Shown: positions 58,745 to 64,000 of the stretch, in pieces | How the letters are laid out: each line of letters begins with the position of its first letter | Numbering within the stretch: position 1 is the first letter of the stretch | Origin: Candidatus Latescibacterota bacterium | GTDB lineage: Bacteria > Latescibacterota > UBA2968 | NCBI GenBank assembly: GCA_965204745.1 | Contig: OZ242010.1 | Span: 4,896,001 to 4,960,000, forward strand | Length of the DNA stretch: 64,000 nucleotides | Direction: 5' to 3' | Translations under genes and position numbers: made by a program | Notes under the pieces: generated by a model | The model's database searches: none | The model's input: only the letters and a program-made list of their open reading frames with translations | Told to the model about the DNA's origin: nothing

Positions 58745-59415
58745 AATGCGAATTAAGAGTAGAAAGCGAGTAAGAAGCAAGCCGCGGTCAATCGCCCAAA
58801 GACATGAACGAGTAAGCCATCCTCTGATCGTACCCGAGACGCCCTCGAGAGGTTTGTCTTTTGTTCAATCCAACTGAACAAGGCCGCTATCGGCTGTCGC
58901 ATGCTCGAAACCGCCCGAGAAAAGTCTTTTTCGGCCTCGGTCAGGCTTTCTTGTCCCTTCTTTCGCTTCACCGGCGTCTCGAAGATCAGGTTCTGCTGTT
59001 TGCTAAGCGTGTCTTTTAAGGGCTGATCGGCGTAGATTTTATCGCCGTAGAGGTGGTCATCACGCAAAACGGGTAAGACTTGTCGCAAAGCGGTCAGGTC
59101 ATGCTCTGCTGTGCCTGTCAAGCCGATGTACTCTGCTTTGGGCAGGCCGTTCTCGCGGTCTTGTGCGACCATGTGCAGTTTGGTGCCGTAATACCCCATC
59201 TTTTTGGAGGCGCACCGGCCTTTGCTGGCCAGTTGTTCTTCGGCTACACATGCCTGACCGCTACGTGCCGATTGTGCCATGACAATCGGCATGGAATCCA
59301 CCAAGTAGGTGGGTTCTATGTCATCGGTTGCGGGACTGTCCTTCCTTTAAGGGTGAAAGGGTTGCGCCCTCATGAAAGGACAAGTACGCGATGGATCCAA
59401 CTCTTAATTCGCATT
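58745..59415 (-). mobile_element. Internally deleted IS982-like element
   Basis: Perfect terminal inverted repeats AATGCGAATTAAGAGT at 58745-58760 and 59400-59415 enclosing a partial transposase; 671 bp. Confidence 0.8.
58753..59304 (-). pseudogene. IS982-family DDE transposase, N-terminally truncated
   Basis: VDSMP, YYG.KLH, HD, GDKIY, R..I..LFSW; stop codon inside the IR; no N-terminal domain or start. Confidence 0.8.
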
Positions 59416-59448
59416 GACAACTGACAACTGACAACTGACAACTGACTC
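59414..59448. repeat. Heptamer tandem repeat (CTGACAA) x5
   Basis: Direct reading; abuts the IS end. Confidence 0.85.
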
Positions 59449-59454
59449 TGGATA

Positions 59455-60015
59455 ATGATGGAAACATCAGCAAACGATCTTCACATTGAACCCGTGCCCA
59501 TTGCGGCACGCGAGCAATTTCGCGCAATGGTCGAGGCGTATTGGCGCGAGGTGATGCCCCATGCCTCGGCGTGTCAATCGCCGGCGGCACGCGATGCGTT
59601 TTTCGAGGAAATATTTACTTGGGCGGGCGGCAATCGGCATCCCCATTGGGTGCTGATGGAGGAACAACCGATAGGGTTTGTGTCTTTTGAAATTGAAGGC
59701 GGGATCGCTCGCGTTCACGACTTTTACGTCATAGCGGAACACCAGCGCAAAGGGTATGGGACGAAAATTGTGGACTGGCTATTCGTCCATTTCGACGAGA
59801 TGGGCATTCGGCAATTAGACCTCCATGTGCGCCGAGACAATCCAAACGCGCTGTTGTTTTGGATGGCTCAGGGCTTTGGTATCGCGGGCTATCGCATGCG
59901 AATGTACCGCGACCCAGAAACGCACACGGCTTACAAAGGCGTCTTGTCTTCGGATTTTGTGGATGCTCACGCTTCAAAAGGAAAGGTGTCATATATCGAC
60001 TCTGCAAGCGTGTAG
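59455..60015 (+). CDS. GNAT family N-acetyltransferase
   Basis: IGF, FYV..EHQRKGYG, L.V...N..AL.FW...GF. Confidence 0.88.
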   Translation: MMETSANDLHIEPVPIAAREQFRAMVEAYWREVMPHASACQSPAARDAFFEEIFTWAGGNRHPHWVLMEEQPIGFVSFEIEGGIARVHDFYVIAEHQRKGYGTKIVDWLFVHFDEMGIRQLDLHVRRDNPNALLFWMAQGFGIAGYRMRMYRDPETHTAYKGVLSSDFVDAHASKGKVSYIDSASV

Positions 60016-60503
60016 ATATCGTCATAATCGTACTCCCGACCAATTTTTGGCGTCCAGTACCGACCATGGGCAAGCCAGTGTCTGTAATTGAAAACGCGCT
60101 CCAGAATTGCAATGACAGATGGAGAAATATTCAAATGCCGTTGCCAAAGAAAAAAAATATCCGTTAGCGACACCCGTTGACCTTTCTCCAGATGTACTTC
60201 TCGAAAGGCCCTTGATAGAGGGTCTTTTCGTCTTTTATAGCAACGTTGTAGAAAGTCCATGCGGAAAGCCGCTTCTAAAGCCGCCAAAATGCTCATGGAT
60301 GTGCTCCGTGCGTGTTCTTCGAGAACAGAGGCCATCTCGCGTTCCAATTCCTGCGGCGTATAACCGACAAATCGCTCGGTTATACGAGCGTTGCGAACGG
60401 AAAAGTAGGTTCTCACGGATGCTTCCACGTCGCTGTAATACCGATTGATTTGGGCGAGTTGGAGGTGCTCGCCGGAAAATGTGATTCTTCGCGCATTAGG
60501 CAT
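59967..60503 (-). CDS. Hypothetical protein with HEPN-like RxxxxH motif
   Basis: Helical protein with LAALEA and YRHWLAHG; start overlaps the upstream gene's end. Confidence 0.6.
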   Translation of the reverse strand: MPNARRITFSGEHLQLAQINRYYSDVEASVRTYFSVRNARITERFVGYTPQELEREMASVLEEHARSTSMSILAALEAAFRMDFLQRCYKRRKDPLSRAFREVHLEKGQRVSLTDIFFLWQRHLNISPSVIAILERVFNYRHWLAHGRYWTPKIGREYDYDDIYTLAESIYDTFPFEA

Positions 60504-61080
60504 TTGCGACTTCCATGATGGCAGAGAAAAAGGCGTCCTCTTTAAGGTCGATGTACTTGATGTTCGGAGGGCGCGTCGCTATTTTCCAGGCCCATTCCTC
60601 TCCAGGATGTATCGGATCATCCTTTGATGGCTTGGTCTTGGCAAAGTCTTGGTTCACAAAATCGGCTAAAGATCCATCTCGCGCTCCGATATATGTCTCT
60701 TGAACGATGACGCGGGCAGCAGAAGCGGCTTTCGGAACGAGAACAAATTTGACCGTGCCGTGCGGCCCGTGCATGTCCACGCGACCTCTGGCGCCGATCA
60801 GATTGGTCCCGATGGGATCGAAGTGAACTTTGACCGTGCCGATCTGCACCTCGAGTGAGTCCACTTCATAGGTTCCGCTGTACTCCTCGTTGATTTGCTT
60901 TGTGGTCCACGCAATACGCACCTTGTCTCGTTCGATGTATTTCCGAAGAAATCCCTTGACCAACTGGTAAAATTGATCGAGATGACGAATCCAAGTGTCG
61001 CGTTCTTGGGTCCAGTCAGTTGACGGCCTGGCCTTGGCGACCTGTTGGTCCACAAACTCGTCAAAAGATATATCGGCCAT
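60496..61080 (-). CDS. Conserved-looking hypothetical protein
   Basis: AAAGGAG RBS; W...L..FY..V..FL, EEYSG.Y....L, P.GT.LIGARGRVD. Confidence 0.7.
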   Translation of the reverse strand: MADISFDEFVDQQVAKARPSTDWTQERDTWIRHLDQFYQLVKGFLRKYIERDKVRIAWTTKQINEEYSGTYEVDSLEVQIGTVKVHFDPIGTNLIGARGRVDMHGPHGTVKFVLVPKAASAARVIVQETYIGARDGSLADFVNQDFAKTKPSKDDPIHPGEEWAWKIATRPPNIKYIDLKEDAFFSAIMEVANA

Positions 61081-61199
61081 TGTGATTCTCCTTTCCCTCC
61101 CGCACAACCGCGCGCCTTCGTACAAAAAAACATGGATACACGCGATAGTCAGGGGTGTCCCGTCTAGCTCGTATCCATGTTTTTTTTGAGACCCGCGGG

Positions 61200-64000
61200 T
61201 TACTTTTTTAAGGTCTTTTTCAATTCCACGATGGAGTGTTCGAGTTGTTTCATCGCCTCGCCTGCGGTTGTCCAATCCCATTTTTGAAGCGATGCGCGCA
61301 CGCGCTGGAATTGCCGGTCCGCTTCTAGTGCCAATTCCGCCGCACTGCGAATGGCGGGTCGTTCTGGCGTTGGCGCAGAGGTTTGCTCGGTGCTCGACGT
61401 GCTCAGGGTTTGGCCTGCGCCGGTGCCGAACAAATCATTGAGGGCTTCGGCAAAGGTGTCGCGCATAATGACCTGCCCGCCAAAGGCCACGATCACCTGC
61501 TTGAGTTCGGGAATGGCCGTGCTTTGCTGGAGTTGGCGCGGCGCTTGTCCCTGCTGGCGTTGGGGTTGACCGCCGCCTTCGCCTTCAAAACCCTGTTGTT
61601 GCAACTGCTCGGCTTCCTGACGGGCTTGCAAATAAATGGGTTCAACGTACAGGAACGAGCTTTCGATAGGCACGGCCAACAAGTTGCCGCGAATGACCTC
61701 TGAACCGCGTTGGCCCCAAAGCGTGAGTTTTTGCGAAATGTCGGGTTGCTGATCGATGCGGGCCTCGAGTTGCATCGGGCCGAAGATGAGTTTTTCCTTG
61801 GGCAAGGTATAGACCAGCAAATCGCCGTAGTTTTCCCCGTCGCACCGGGCCGCCAACCAGCCGATCATGTTGTCCTTTTTGGCCGGGGTAAAGGGCACGA
61901 GCAGCAAAAATTCCTCGCGCTGTTCCCCCGGCAATTTGACGATGATGTAGTAAGGCTCCATCGGCTGGGCGCGGTCACTGTAAATTTCGTTGGGGATTTC
62001 CCACAGGTCTTCCTGATTGTAAAACACCTGCACATCCTGCATGTGGTATTCCCGATACATCGTGGCTTGAATGCGGAAGAGATCGACCGGATACCGCACA
62101 TGGGCGCGCAAATCCGTGGGCATGGTGTCGATTGGCTCGAACAGATTGGGGAATATCGCGGCGTACGCGGCGATGATGGGCTCGTCTTCGGCTTGGTAAA
62201 AGGTGACAGAACCGTGGTACGCATCGACAACGACCTTGATGGCATTGCGGATGTAGTTGATCGGCAACCGGCCCATGCGCTTGGAATAGGGGTACATGTT
62301 GGTGGTCGTATAGGCGTCGATGATCCAATACAAGCGGCCTTCAGAGACCACGAGATAGGGATCGGAGTCGAAAAAGAGGAAGGGCGCGATCTCGCGGGCG
62401 CGTTGCACGATCTGCCGGTGAAACATGATCTTGCTCTCGGCTTGCAAATAGCTGCTCAAGAGCAAATTGGGATCCGTCATGCGAAGGGCAAAGGCCAGGC
62501 GTTTGACAAAGCTGCCGATAGACACGCCCCCATCGCCCTCGTACGTGGTGAACGCATTGCCGTCGCGCCGGGGATAGTCAAATTCGTCCGCGCTGGTCTT
62601 GACGACCACATTGCCGTACGCGCGCTCGCCGTAGTAGATTTCCGGACGGGAAATTTGCAACTCCGCCGCGTCTGAGACCGGGGGAATGTCTTTGATCATA
62701 AACGCGGGCAAGCCCTCGGGGGTGACGTGCGTGACCGGGCTCATCGCAACGCCGTAGCCGTGCGTGTATTGCAGGCGTTCATTGACCCAGTTGCGCGCTT
62801 GGGCCGGCAGGCGATTGGTGTCGAGTTCGCGGCCCGACAGCATCACTTGGCGATACACGCCGTCAACCGTGTAGCGATCCACATCCACGCTGGGGAAGAT
62901 GTAATAGGGGCGAATCTCCTGAACTTGCTGATAGGTTTGCACCATCGGGCGCTCGTCCCAAATGCGGATGTTGCGAATGGTGAGGGGGTTGGCCGCGATA
63001 TCGGCTGCCGTGAGGTTTTCAGAGGCTTCAAAGGGTTTTTCCACGATGCGGTCGAGCGCGTAGGCTTTGCGCGTGGCTTCGATGTTGTGCTTGATGTACG
63101 GGCCTTCGCGCTGCAACTCGGTGGGATCGACCACGATTTTTTGCACGATAGCCCCCGGGATATTGCCCAGCCCAAGCGCGCCGATCAGAAAGACGCCAAT
63201 GCCGACGAGCAGGGGCCGCGCCTCGCGCGTTTTGACATTCCGCAACAGCATAATACCCGTTGCGACAAATGCGATGATGAGCAACCAATAGACCCAGATT
63301 TGCACGTTGACATCGACAAAGCCCGCGCCGAAAGAGACATTGCCCTGCGAGTAGAGCAGGCCGTAGATTTTGAGGCGGTAATTGACCGCGGAATACAGCA
63401 AGAACATCGCGGCCAAAACCGACAAATGCGCCACCGGGCGCGGCATCAGTTGGATGCGTTCCTGAATGTGGATGCCGCCCGTGGCCAGGTAAATCACCCC
63501 CGCGGCCAAGGCCGAGACGACCACCGTGCCGATGAGAAAGCCAATGGTGAATTGGTAAAAGGGCAGTGAAAAAACGAAAAAGCCCACGTCCCGATCAAAT
63601 ATGGGATCCGTCGCGCCAAAGGATCCGCCGTACCAATAGCGCAACACAGTTTGCCACTGCGAAGAGCCGACATTCCCCATGATGAGCACGAGCACCGCCG
63701 CGATCAACACGTAGCCGGTTTTGGAACGCAACAGATTCGCGCCGGGGATTTCGCCTTCGAGCAACGACGCATCGGTTTCCAAGGCATGGCGCGTGAACCG
63801 CCCCACGTAATAGAGGTTGGGGCCAATGACCATCGCCGCGAGCAGGCCGTAAAACACGCCGGACGAGAACCGCGCCTTGAGGGTCGTCCAGAAAACATCC
63901 TGAAACGCGAGGCTCGAAAACCACAGCCAGTCCGTGTAATAAGACGACAACCACGCGAACCCGACGACGATGACGAATATCGCGGGAATCAAATACTTGC
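61200..64000 (-). CDS. UPF0182 family membrane protein (5' end outside window)
   Basis: YTDWLWF, DPIF..D.GFF.F.LP, I.ATR.AY.L, DVDRY, YTHGYG, YIRN..K..VDAY.G, GNLL..P....LYVEP.Y. Confidence 0.92.
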   Translation of the reverse strand, partial: KYLIPAIFVIVVGFAWLSSYYTDWLWFSSLAFQDVFWTTLKARFSSGVFYGLLAAMVIGPNLYYVGRFTRHALETDASLLEGEIPGANLLRSKTGYVLIAAVLVLIMGNVGSSQWQTVLRYWYGGSFGATDPIFDRDVGFFVFSLPFYQFTIGFLIGTVVVSALAAGVIYLATGGIHIQERIQLMPRPVAHLSVLAAMFLLYSAVNYRLKIYGLLYSQGNVSFGAGFVDVNVQIWVYWLLIIAFVATGIMLLRNVKTREARPLLVGIGVFLIGALGLGNIPGAIVQKIVVDPTELQREGPYIKHNIEATRKAYALDRIVEKPFEASENLTAADIAANPLTIRNIRIWDERPMVQTYQQVQEIRPYYIFPSVDVDRYTVDGVYRQVMLSGRELDTNRLPAQARNWVNERLQYTHGYGVAMSPVTHVTPEGLPAFMIKDIPPVSDAAELQISRPEIYYGERAYGNVVVKTSADEFDYPRRDGNAFTTYEGDGGVSIGSFVKRLAFALRMTDPNLLLSSYLQAESKIMFHRQIVQRAREIAPFLFFDSDPYLVVSEGRLYWIIDAYTTTNMYPYSKRMGRLPINYIRNAIKVVVDAYHGSVTFYQAEDEPIIAAYAAIFPNLFEPIDTMPTDLRAHVRYPVDLFRIQATMYREYHMQDVQVFYNQEDLWEIPNEIYSDRAQPMEPYYIIVKLPGEQREEFLLLVPFTPAKKDNMIGWLAARCDGENYGDLLVYTLPKEKLIFGPMQLEARIDQQPDISQKLTLWGQRGSEVIRGNLLAVPIESSFLYVEPIYLQARQEAEQLQQQGFEGEGGGQPQRQQGQAPRQLQQSTAIPELKQVIVAFGGQVIMRDTFAEALNDLFGTGAGQTLSTSSTEQTSAPTPERPAIRSAAELALEADRQFQRVRASLQKWDWTTAGEAMKQLEHSIVELKKTLKK

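Noticed and set aside
59414-59456. Hybrid IS/heptamer promoter for the GNAT gene
   Set aside because: TTGACA is too far from GATAAT, and the 17-bp-spaced alternative would start transcription downstream of the ATG

Overview
Bacterial chromosomal window, GC-rich with AT-richer inserts; no rRNA, tRNA, CRISPR array or integrase was recognised. The backbone has surface-polysaccharide genes, many small-molecule catabolic enzymes (Gfo/Idh/MocA, PhyH, Zn- and Fe-ADH, GH2, sulfatase), menC, pyrC-carA, parE/parC, a PLP trans-sulfuration enzyme and a UPF0182 protein. This gene mix suggests a Latescibacterota/Poribacteria-like organism (inference only). Defence-like genes are very dense. (i) A ~16 kb island (21.5-37.5 kb) holds a type I R-M system whose HsdM is fused in frame to half an HsdS, cargo genes (putative AbiC, a membrane protein, two paralogous micro-genes), a nuclease-less C5-MTase + GHKL/MORC ATPase + SAM-dependent MTase triad, and a divergent pair of STAND-like ATPases, one with seven near-identical 129-bp TPR repeats; a duplicated palindromic operator/promoter lies between the two arms. 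(ii) A GmrSD-like DUF262/DUF1524 gene. (iii) Three R-M genes inserted inside the parE-parC operon. (iv) An AvaI/BsoBI-type R-M pair. (v) A tandem duplication of AAA/PD-(D/E)xK genes with patchy divergence. (vi) A HEPN-motif two-gene module. Polarised heptamer tandem repeats, a deleted IS982-like element and several gene remnants mark insertion/deletion activity. Family assignments come from motif recognition by eye, not database searches. The best candidates for an undescribed system are the C5-MTase/MORC/MTase triad, the paired STAND-TPR module and the HsdM-half-HsdS fusion.
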